From Girardia tigrina (Eukaryota): a stretch of DNA of 60,320 nt. Numbering within the stretch: the first letter of the stretch is position 1; each line of letters begins with the position of its first letter. Position numbers and translations under genes: made by a program. The stretch is taken from contig MQRK01217587.1 in the NCBI GenBank assembly GCA_001938485.1, positions 62,337 through 122,656 on the forward strand, read 5' to 3'. Shown piece after piece: positions 1 through 33,600 of this stretch. The notes beneath the pieces were generated by a model. The model did not search any database. It had not been told where the DNA came from and was given only the letters and a program-made list of their open reading frames with translations.

Positions 1-40
1 TAAATAAAAATGTTTAATTTATTCGTTACCTTTTAAACTA

Positions 41-175
41 AATTATATTTATTAAAATTGTGAAAAATTGTATTATTCAAACAATTCAATATTAAATTGC
101 TGATGATGATGTATATAAATATCGAAACATGTCCAATAGTTGTATAAAAAAAGCTTTAATCAAATTATATTTTCG

Positions 176-210
<35 letters not shown>
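41..210 (+). repeat. Penelope-type pseudo-LTR copy ending in (TA)n
   Basis: Near-identical to 13672-13786 (direct) and 13513-13642 (inverted); contains a hammerhead motif. Confidence 0.7.
96..140 (+). ncRNA. Minimal type I hammerhead ribozyme motif (Penelope pLTR family A)
   Basis: ATTG-CTGATGA-T-GATGT(ATATAA)ATATC-GAAAC-AT-GTC-CAAT: intact core, stem II, palindromic mini stem III, GUC site. Confidence 0.8.
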
Positions 211-214
<4 letters not shown>

Positions 215-726
215 TATATATTTATATATATAAAGTAAATAAATATATTCTAAAATGATAAATAATTTAGTAAAACATAAAAGAATAAATATTCACAGAA
301 ATATTAATAAAAATCAAAAATTAATAAAATAACAAAGTCAATCGAATTTTTTCAATAAATGATTAATTAATTTTCTTTAAAATTTATTACCTATTCTCAG
401 AAAAAGGAATTTAAAATTTTATATTGTTTAATAGATTTATAAAACAAAAATTACACAGAAATAAATTTGAAGAACATTATCGATTTAGATGTATTTAATA
501 ACAATATAATAATATTTTTGAAAATAGCTTTAAAACGAAATCCGACAAACAATGTAATGTTAAAAAAAGAATTAAAACAAAAGAAAATACCGAATACTTC
601 AAAAAAGAAGAATAATATAATAGAAAAAAATAAAAAAATATCATAAATACTTAAGCCATTAACAAAAAAGAAAATTTTTATGGTAAAAATATTTTAAAAT
701 TTTAGGTCTATAATCTATTTTAAAAG

Positions 727-1144
727 TGTTAATAGAACTCACACATTGATGACAGCATTACAATTACAATTTAGATCAACTTTATGACAATCCGTGATAG
801 CGTTTTCATCATAAAATCTGAACTAATTTGAAACTGCACATTCTTTTATAAAGATATTTACTACAAATTTTATTGGTTAAAATGAAAATTACTGGTAATC
901 ATTTGGAAAATATTAATTTGATTTAATAATTTACAAAATTAAAAATAAAATTAATAAAATCTTTTAAAATTTACAATCATAATTAGTTCAAAAATAATTC
1001 AAACATAAATTTAAATTTGAATTAAATTAGTTTTAAATAATAAGAATTAAAATATTAATCAACCATCTGAGGAGGAGAGACACAATCCTAAATCAACATA
1101 CATCATTCAAATACAAAACATCAAGATTCAAAACATTCCTCACA
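727..1144. mobile_element. Solo LTR (TGTTAA...CCTCACA family)
   Basis: Homologous to 39063-39475; TG...CA ends; TSD degenerate. Confidence 0.6.
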
Positions 1145-1477
1145 AGAATATTAAAGAGTTACACAAAACAAGTTAAAACACCAAATAAGAAATTTTTCAA
1201 CTCAGACTTTTTTTCAAATACTTTTCGACCTGCTGAAAATTTTATCAATTTTAATTATTTAAACATTAAACTGTTGTTTTATAGAAATATAGTAATGAGT
1301 TTTGTTATGGGAAAGATTTCCTTCTGAATAAAAATGCAAATACATTCAATAAAAATTTCTATATAATTTCAACCCAGTTTAATAATAATTTAACAATAAA
1401 AAGTTGAAATCTATAAATAGTGTAAAATTCATTAGGTGGGGGAGGTCGAAGTCACAAGTAGATGAATTCAAAAGAAG

Positions 1478-2853
1478 TCACATGAAATCAGCTTTGCTTT
1501 GCACCTTGGGTAATTCCTTCCTTGATTTTTTACACAGTAGTACCATACCATGTCTGGACTTGTGACCAAACACTTTGCAACTGGCAGAAGAAACATCTTT
1601 GATGGCTCTTTCAATGGTTTGAGAATGACATGGATATTGTTCTAATGTAATTTTCTTATTCATCTTCAATTCATGATCCAATATATGAAATAAAAGAGGG
1701 GGAGGCGTCAAATTACATATTGTCCAGTCAATCATGTCAACATATGATGTAGCAGACGACTGAAGAAAGACAGTATTCTTGTCCATAGTGAGAATCACTT
1801 CGGAAGGGAAAAAATTTTGTCTTGCAGTTATGATTTTTTCTGTTGCAAACTTTCTGATTTCTTCATCATCATCACCAACAGCAGCTAGGAGTATATTTTC
1901 TGGATGTGAGAAGTAATTGTTGCTCTGAATGACAGGAAAGATGATTTCTTGGTCTGATGGATCCAAATCCTGCAGAAGTTGGAGCATATAAAAAATATTT
2001 CTTGCACCATCTTGGCATGACGAGTGAGTCTTCATATAAAACCATGACGGTCCATAGAAAATGACAGTAAATTTTACTATTCGCATGAGAGGTTCAGATG
2101 GAGCAGTTTCGGACATATATAGTCGCAGAATTCTATTAGCTTTCGTTAGCCAGCGACTGTGATTCAAATTTTCTGGTTGTGCCATTTGTAGAAAAGGGAC
2201 ATCCTTGTTGTTGTGGTACCCTTTCTGGACTGCCAAGCATACTCTGAGGAAATACAATTGATCAGTGTTCAATTCTTTTTTGACATTTTCACTAATATCT
2301 ACGACCTTTCCAGGAAGGGACATAAAGGCTACTACGGGCTTGTCTTTTGGATCAAAATCAAGAACGCTTCCTATTTCACCACATGACGTTTTTGGACCTT
2401 TTGTTTCTCCACCATCGATGACTGAAAAATACTTCCTGAATGGCAATTCATTTGCATGCAACAAGCATATCAGCCATTGTAGAGGTCACCCTAGGCTTTT
2501 TTCGAGTCTTCTGATTATTCCATTATTTTTTCCGATGTTTGTATTGGTTCCATCGCACACAATTGCTTGAAGGGTCAGTGAGGACTGCGTGCTAACGATG
2601 ATTGACATGATTTCTTTGCCAATATCCACAGCTTTACTACTTTGAGGTACAACATGATCGTGACTGCTTGCAGGATGAATTTACAATGGCACGAGTGCGA
2701 GCATTTTTACTGGAATAGTACTTATACATACAAACAAAAGTTGGGACCTGTAAACCCTTTTAAACAGCAGTCTTTTGCACGGATATTTCATTTTCTAGCA
2801 TAAGCACAACTTTTTAGGCATGTTTGGAGAAAAAAAAATTTTCGACCCATCCT
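1478..2853 (-). mobile_element. hAT-superfamily (hATm-like) transposase remnant
   Basis: 328-aa ORF and upstream frame give AIVCDGTNTN..WLICLLHANELPFR..NHSRWLTKANRILRLY..HPENILLA..PCHSQTIERAIK. Terminus TAGGATGGGTCG near 2853; stop codon upstream of the ORF. Confidence 0.75.
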
Positions 2854-5800
2854 AATATATATATATCTTAAATTAAAAAATAATAAAGAATTAAAATTAT
2901 TTTAATCATGAGATCTTTGTTCATTTTAAAATCGAACAAAGATCATGTTTTATTTCATTTACAATGACTTATTTGAGCCAGGTATACATTTTGGCTGGTA
3001 TATGTCTGTTTGCGCATATCGAGAGAGAGTGTTCGCCAGTGTGTGTTGTCGGTATATGAGAGATTTTTAATTTTAAAACTCGCTCTTATTGGCTAACCAA
3101 CCAGAGCGGGTTTAGAGCCTAAATGAAATTTTTTTCACTAATTAATTCTTCAATTCATGTTTAATGTTACTATTCTTGAGTTTCAATTCTTAGCAATTGT
3201 TTTTTGAAGATATTTGAGCTGAATTTTTGGATCGTTTTGACGATAATTATGATCTTGATTATTTTAGGAAACGATTTATTGAACTTTTAATAATAAAACA
3301 AATTTCTAAAAATATTTTCTTTAATTTTTAAATCAAAAAGTGCATTTTAATTCAAATGAACTCAAATCCTCGAAATAAAAAATTGGCCCAGCACAACGAG
3401 TCCGAGCTTCATTACCGTATGTGCACCTTTGCTACCACCGTCAGGTCTTCGGGGTAACCTGGGAATCGGGTGGAAAAATATAATTTCTTTAAAATTTTAA
3501 TCTGAAAAATACGTATTAGAATTTTGACATCCCCCAAATAAAAGGTAAAATGAGATTACATATTACGATTGATTAATGGAAAGTGAAAATAAATATATCA
3601 TTTCTTATACAAACTGATTTATTTATTGAGTTAATTAAATTCCTTAAATAGATTAAATTTCTAATTATTTTTTAAGGATCTTCGCTTTCATTAACTAAAC
3701 AACGATATTGCAATAAAATACTTATTATTGGTTTTTATGCAGAAAAATTGTAAATTTAATTTTCATTATATACACACAGATATTTTGGTGTTAAATACCT
3801 ACAAAATCTAAAAATCTGATTTTACGAATCGTGAATTGTTGTTTGAATGTTAACCTTCTTAAAACAAAAAAATGTTAAAAAAAATTCATGTTAATTTAGA
3901 TGTCCTATTAAAAGAAAAAAAACAAATATAAGATTAATCACAATTTTTCTTATTTTGAATAATGTATTACAACACTAATATTATGTTTAATAAGTTACTT
4001 TAAATCGGAAGTGATGAGAATCGAAATAATCACTTCGGATTACCCGAAATTCGTTTTACACAAAATATAATATAATATAATATAATGTTTTGATTTTTTA
4101 GAAATATTTATTTTCGAAAAGAAGTTATATTTTTAAGTGTAGCCACTTGCTCAAATGATAATTAAATTTTATTCAAGTGACACACTTGAATTAAAAAAAG
4201 TAATTTTAATTAGTTTTTTTGATAGCACTGTTGAAAATGAAGAGTCGAATAGTAATTCATACATCTGAAATAAAATTAATAAAATAATTATAATATAAAC
4301 GAATCTGTTCTTTTATAGTTCTACATTTATGCATGTCAATCTAGAAGCAATAAATTTAGAAGGATATATTTTAATTGTATAATTAAAAAAAGCTTAATTT
4401 CAAAGTAAAACTTAATCTAAACAATAATCGAAGATAGAACTAAATAACCTGTTTCATGATTGGAATTTTAGAACTTGGTGAGGGTTTATGAAATTTTGGT
4501 GTACAAACCATTCATATATTGGAATATTATTAGTTTATTCTATTGTTTTATTAAAATAGAAGCAGAATAAAGCCATCTCAACACTTAAAATTTTTAACTA
4601 AAATTTAATTTTAATTGTAATTATAACTAAAATAATTATTAATAATTTTAAATAAAATTTAACTCAACCATTATATATTCTTCTAATATTTCATTTATTA
4701 GTCAGAAGAAAAAAAAACAAAGAAAATAAAGAAATAACAACTGAGACAACAATTTCTGTGAAATTAATTTTGAAAATTAAACAAGATGATAGAGATTAAT
4801 ATACAATTAATACTTATTCCATAATGCAACCCAGAGATTCACTTATACGAAGATATATTGTTTAACTACAACTGAAGATCGAAGACAAAATATAATCACA
4901 ATCTCCAAAATCGTTATTACTAGAGCCAAGGGAAATAGCAACTCAAATAAATATACCCTTTATCACCAACATTCGTGGACGTCTTTATTTTACTCTCTCT
5001 TTCCAGCTTTTTTATTTTAATTAAAATATTTTTTCATTCAATTCTTACATAGTTTTATTTTTTTATCATTGATTGCTCAAGATTATAATACAATACACTT
5101 ATATTGAAATAAAATTATTTATATTAAAAGAATAATAAATAACTATGTAAAATTATCTACGGTTAGTCCAACTATGCTCAATTGAGCATGATTAAGACAA
5201 GGAATGGGACTTTCGCGAAATATTACCCAGCTTGAAAGGATGCCTAACGCCTTTCAAGAGTCAATATAAATGTTGCATCCTTCCGATAATATAATTAGTG
5301 AAACGTGCATCCCAATTTTACGAGGCAGACATTTAGTTTTAACAATAGAAGAATATAAATACATGTATAAACGAATACCATTTAGAAAATATCAATTTAA
5401 TGAAGTTCTTATAAGTTGTTCCTTATAAAGTAGAAAAAAGATTCTTAATTGTTTAGATTTTTTTATTTAAAATTGTATTATTTGAATTATCGCTATTTTG
5501 AATGTTACAATTTTGATGCCGCTATTTTGACAGCTGTTAGGATGATCTTGAGCCAGAAATAGCATAGAAGTTTTTGCTTCAATTTGCTTTTGTCTAATTT
5601 GGAACAAGCAGACACAAATTTTGTACCGACAGTCTGCTTCTTTATGATGTTACCAAGGGTTCTTGTGTTTAGGTCTAACATCGTTGCTATAGATATGGAT
5701 GTTTCTTTTCATGTTTTGATAAGTTTATCCCCATAATTCAGAAATAATTTGTTAGGTTCTTTATTTTTTATAAGTATTAAGGTATTGAAAAATTAAGAAA

Positions 5801-5935
5801 ATTAATTTTAAAGATTAAAATATTAATCGAATAATCTATTTATATAAGTATTTTATAAATCGTGTAATATCATTTCGAGAAATAAAAAGGTACTTCATGT
5901 CCAGTATTAACAGTATCCTTAGTTCGTGTTTTTTG

Positions 5936-27307
<21,372 letters not shown>

Positions 27308-27659
27308 TTGAAAAAAGTAATTGAAAAAACAATTTAAATTTTTCATCCATTAGAGGTCATTTTATTGATAAATTAAAACAAATTACGTTGTTATTGTTCT
27401 TTGATTTTGAAAAAATTTATAATTATTATTTTATTTTATTAATTATTAAAATGGTTGAAAATTTTTAAAACCAAATTTGCTTTAAAATTTTTTAAAATCT
27501 ACAATGATTAATAATACTTTGGTTTGAGTAAAAATTAAAATGTCAAAATTTGACATTTTACTGAATTATAATTAAAGTTTTCAATTAACCAAGTTAAGAG
27601 TTGAAAATATTTAATCTACTCGATCTGTTAATTGCTTTAGTTGTATTTTAAATTCTAAA
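27308..27659. promoter_or_regulatory. Probable bidirectional promoter between MAPKAPK and DTHD1-like genes
   Basis: The two divergent ATGs are only 352 bp apart and the spacer has no recognisable TE. Confidence 0.6.
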
Positions 27660-30600
27660 ATGGAGTCATTTGCCAATGTTATATCAATAATTCAAGACGA
27701 AATAATTCGTTTACAGTCAGTGGAGAATGTCGATCAGTTTTTAGAATTGAATAAAAATTCCGAAAATAATGTTGAAATAATTCAAAAAAGTTTGAATGAT
27801 TATATTGCTGAATTAAAAACAAATGAAAAACATCTTGACGAAATTACGTCGTTAATAAACGAATTAATTCAAGTAATTGGCAAAAAATTTAAGCAATTTA
27901 CAGATGACAATTTTAAAATGCTCAATGAAAAGTTCAATAGCTCAGGTAATTTTAGATGTTTATTTATGTTTTCTTAACTTTTTATAGAAGAATTAAAAGA
28001 AAAACTGGATTTGGAAAAATCGCGATTAAGAGTAAAATACTTTGAAAATAATGCTTGTTACATCAATATGATATCAACAATGAAAATGGCGAATGAACAA
28101 ATTTTAGATATTGAAAATTATTTGACTGATGCAATTGTTACTCATAAAATTTGTGATGATAACTTAAAAGCCAAGGAAAAAGCTTTAGAAGCTATTAGAA
28201 GACAAAAGGAACAAGAAGAAGCTGCAAAATTAGAAACTGAAAAGAAAGAACTTGAAAAAGCTAAAGAAGCAGCTTTAGAAGAAAAAAATAGACAACAAGA
28301 AATGGAAAGGATGAAAAAAATATTAGAAGAAGAAAATAAACATTTAGATGAAACTGTTGACCATTTTATAAAAATGAAGTTTAATAATTTATATATTATA
28401 TTACTTTAAATTTTATAAATAATAGATACGAAGTACCAAATGGGGAATTTGGTAATCCCGGTCTAGGATGTATTATAAAAGTTCTTCCAGATTTTTTGGC
28501 ATCTAAGTCAGATATTAATGTGGAATTAATAGATCCTTTAAGTATAAATTGCACATTTAATGGAACAGATGAAATAGTCAGTAATATAATACAAATTAAA
28601 TCCAAAGTCAATGAATTTGAAGATTTAAAAGTAATTATTGTTCATTCTGTATTCCGAATATTATCCGTTTTATAATTTTTTATTATGATTTTTTTAACTT
28701 TGTAACCGATTCTAGCTTATACATCAGATTTTTATTAATTTTATGTAATTTCAAACAATATAAACTATCATTTCAGTATTCTGTTGAGGTATACTTTACT
28801 TAATTTTTATCAGATATATTCAAAACTTATAAGTGATAAGCAAATATGATGAAAAATATTTATATTAGACAAAAATTTGCTTTTCAATAAGAACATTTAT
28901 TTATAAGAACATTTGAACATGTCAAATTATTTTTATTATCAACATTATCCTTCATATCAAAGCGGACAGTATAATTTCATAATGTATGTTAAAAGGATTT
29001 TTAAAATAAATTTATTTATCTTTCGATTTATAAAAAATTTGTAAGCCAATCAAAGTTTATTAATTTTGACGGTTTAACCGTCATCATCAGAACAAATGAT
29101 TTTTCAAACGAAATTTACTTATATAGTGCAGTTTATGATTATGCAATCAATACATAATCAGTACATCATTTAAAAACTATCAACCAAGTTTTAGAGAATG
29201 CAGTTTGAATTTTAATTTTAGGATCCAAAGATCTTATATATAACGCTTCACATGTCTCTCTCTCTCAATAATTTTAAATGGAGTGCACAGATTTTTAAAG
29301 TGTTTTGAATTTATATTTCCTTTACAATGTATTTTATGTCCTGCAATGTTACTTCCACCTTCATTGCGTTTGTGTTCCTGGATTCTCTTACAGAGATGAC
29401 CTGAAGTCTCTCCAATGTATGTGGTGTTATACTCATTACATGTATATTGGTAAATGAGATCCGAACACAATCATAATGGCGTTGAAGATTTATTACCGAA
29501 CATTCTTTCAATTTTCTGAGTACGGGATATTACTTTTAAACTTATTGCATTATCTAACGCTTTCAAAATAGAATTTTTAAATATTTTACACCCCTTTGAA
29601 TATGGTACAGTTAACATATAACCAATTTCGAAACTTTTATCATTAGTGTTGCAAGATTTCTCTTGATCTTGAACATCTGAAATTTTAGTATTATTTTTTT
29701 GTCAATTAATTTCTCAGTAGTTTCCTTTGTTAATTTCTCCACTATCGATTTTGAATATCCGTTATCATATAATAATTTATTTAATTTATTAAGGCTGTCA
29801 TTACATCCTTTATATGTAGATGAAAGAGCCCATGAGCGAAAAATAAAACCTTTAATCATATTTTGACGATATTTGGATTCACAGAAACTGATCGATGTTG
29901 TAAACAACTCTCTTGTCAGTTTTCTTTCTGTAAATCTCCGTCTCATAACGTCCGTTTTTTCTCTCAATTAATAAATCAAGAAAGGACAATTTCTTATCTT
30001 GTTATTTCTCCATAGTAAACTTTGCATTTCAATGCAAAGAAGTCATAATTTTAAAATGAAGGAATATCTGTTTCATTTTGAAAAATCAAAAAAATTTTAT
30101 CAACATAGCGTTTATACGCTAGAGGTTTCCGACCCGCAAAAGAATCGATTTTGCCTTTAATACTCGAAGGAAATATTGAAGCCAAAGTGGGGGCTAATGG
30201 TGAACCCATAGCCACTCCATCAACTTGTTTGTACCAGTCATTATTGAACAAAAAATGCACATCTGACGTGGCAAAACTTAACAATTCACGAAATGCAACT
30301 TCATCATATGATTAGTAGTTTGCAGCACAATCAATAGTCTCTTTCAATGGAACGTTTGTAAATAAACTGACAACATTGGGAGAGAGTGACATGTGACGCG
30401 TTATATATAAGATCTTTGGATCCTAAAATTAACATTCAAACTGCATTCTCTAAAACTTTGTTGAGAGTTTTTAAATAATGTACTGTTTACGTATTGATTG
30501 CATAATCATAAACTGTACTATATAAGTAAATTTCGTTTGAAAAATCATTTGTTCTGATGATGATGGTTAAACCGTCGAAATTAATAAACTTTGATTGGCT

Positions 30601-33600
30601 TAAGAATTTTTTATTTGATAATTTGCTAATTTTATTTCAATTTATTTTGATTTATAATTTATAATTTTTATTTATTAACTTTATTTGTTTTTTGATAAAA
30701 CTTTATAATATTTTTACATTAGTATTTAGCATTGAAAAATTACTTTAAAATATTGAAAACTTTAATTTTAATCTGTTACTAGTATTGTGACTTTCTGAAA
30801 GTACAATTCTGTTTTTGTGAATTCAATATCATTTACGTTAGCATTTCAACTTTTCATAAATTTTGTAAACTTGTAATTGTTGGTGAAATTTATGCAACTA
30901 CCCTAACCCAAAAGTCACTGGATTGCTTATATGTTTTTTTATAAACAACCATTAGTACGGTGTAAACATCTCTGTTTCTTTCAATAACGGCTTTTTTACC
31001 ACGTTTTTATTAGCTTGCTTTCTTGTCTGTTTGTCTGTTTGTCTGTTTGTCTGGAACAAATCTTGCGATTGATTTTTCAACCACTTTCAGTCATCCAATT
31101 GAGCTGAATTNNNNNNNNNNNNNNNNNNNNNNNNNNNNNNNNNNNNNNNNNNNNNNNNNNNNNNNNNNNNNNNNNNNNNNNNNNNNNNNNNNNNNNNNNN
31201 NNNNNNNNNNNNNNNNNNNNNNNNNNNNNNNNNNNNNNNNNNNNNNNNNNNNNNNNNNNNNNNNNNNNNNNNNNNNNNNNNNNNNNNNNNNNNNNNNNNN
31301 NNNNNNNNNNNNNNNNNNNNNNNNNNNNNNNNNNNNNNNNNNNNNNNNNNNNNNNNNNNNNNNNNNNNNNNNNNNNNNNNNNNNNNNNNNNNNNNNNNNN
31401 NNNNNNNNNNNNNNNNNNNNNNNNNNNNNNNNNNNNNNNNNNNNTCGATCATTTCTATGCCCCACGTTTTTGGTTAAGTATAAAATTTCTCACATGTCTA
31501 GAAAAAAATTATTTTCCTCTTTTTAGTGCATTGGTAATGCTTGAAAAACGTGGTTGTTTTTATTAAAAATTTTTTTATTAATAATATTATTACTTTTCTC
31601 TATAGTAGGTATTAGATTGAAACAAGTTACACTACTTGTGCTGGTTTATATGCTAAATAATTTTTCAATCAACTCGTCCTTAGTTTTTTGTCGATTTTAT
31701 TTTAACTTTGACTTCGTTATAGCCCTTAAATTTTCAATGGGGTTTAAATTCATGTAACTTATCTTACTTATTCGACTTTTATAGTTATGAACTTTTGTAA
31801 GTATTACATGGATTTAAGTATTACAATGATTTTCTGAATATTGAATAAGGTACATACACATTTTATTGTTTAAAAAATATTTTTTAAATGTACGATGTAC
31901 ATAAAAAATATCACTTTTTTTATTGTGCGGAAGAAATACTACAGATGAAGAATTTATTTAAAATCTAAGCTGCGGAAATTACATTGGAAGGACCATTCGA
32001 TATTTTGACCTTTTGACAATCAACAAAGTCATTTTAATATAAAAATAAACTAAATTCATAGAGAATTAATAGCTAAAATATTTAGTTCGTTTATAAAATA
32101 ATACTAGACAAAGAATAAATCGAATATATTTTGTTTATTTATTTAAAATATTTTATTTATGAAATAATAAAACCTTGTGCACGAATTTTATCAAAATTGG
32201 TTTTGATATTTAATTTCGACAAGTTACCTGCCATCGTGAGACTAAATTAATATTAGCTTTTGCAGCTTGAATATCAAAGTTAATGAATCAATTAACTTTT
32301 ATATCCTTTAATCTTATTAATAATACCTCACACGTCATTTTCTCCCAATATTTTAAAAGATTATTAAACGTATCAATATTTATAATGATAATAAAGATTC
32401 CATTTATTTTTCTGAGTACGGTATGAAAGATATGAGACCTAATGCACACATTCCTTTATTAGAACTCGGGAAATCTGATAAAGATGCCATGAATTTCACG
32501 TTTTTCTTGAGTATATTCTGTGAACAGTTGATGGTTCATCGGAATTATTGGAAGCAGATAACGAGAGATTTATCGATAGTGTAATCAGTAAATAAATGTT
32601 CCACGCAAATTATATGCAACAAGAAGAAGCATTTATTAATTTAAGTTTTTTTTTAAATAATTTTTTATATATTTCAAGAATGAGAATTTCAGATAACATT
32701 ATTATTTTATCAATCAAAAGTAATGTCAAACATTTGCCCAAGAATAAATCTATTTGTAAGATTAACAAAAAAGGGAAAACATGTTTAATGCTCTTAGTAA
32801 TTGTAGATAAACATTTTATTAATATTTATTTTTTTAATAAACTGATTTATGAATTAATCCCATTTTATATTCCCTTATTTCGTTTTTAACTCTTAAATGT
32901 TAACCTCACATTCTTGACAGTACCTTTTAAAAAAATATTTCAATGCACGAAATATAATTAATTGTGCATTAATACTTTACCTTTATATAGTTTGATCAAG
33001 CATTTTCGGTGGTTTTGCCTCATACGATGTCAAAAAGTCAGGCTCGAGACACAAAAATATTTAAATTTGTAGAAAATGAATTGTGTTGGATTTCCGTTGA
33101 TACTCAAGATGTGACTGTGGAAGATACAGATAAAATAAATGCGAGATACGTTGAAGCTGTTTTTGACGAATTACCCTTAATTGTTACAGTTGTCAGTATT
33201 CCTAGAGTTGAAGAACTAAAATACAATAAAAAAGGATGTAACTGGTCCGCGGCAGTTGATTGTAGAGTTAGTTTAACAATTCCACCTGGTGCGGTGAAAA
33301 TCAATCAGACGATGAATATTACAGTTAGTTTAAAATAATTTATAATAATAATAATTATAATAATAATAATAAATTTCATAATTATTATAAAATTTTTCTT
33401 TCTTCAGACATTGACCTTCGAATCAAGCCAAGATTTAAAGGCTAAATGCAAAGGAACACATGCTGATAATATTTATACGTTCAGTCCTATGTTAAAAATT
33501 GGTTAGCTTAAGCTTTGAATAACAATATTACACTAAGTTGTTAAATATTATCAATACCTAAAAAGTTAAATATTAATTATAAATAGAAAGAACAACTACT

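Larger units (their letters stand above)
29029..30614 (-). mobile_element. 5'-truncated Penelope-like element with inverted pseudo-LTRs
   Basis: RT YKQVDGVAMGSPLAP..YKRYVD; GIY-YIG TYIGETSGHLCKRIQEHK; 29029-29269 is inverted at 30374-30614. Confidence 0.92.
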
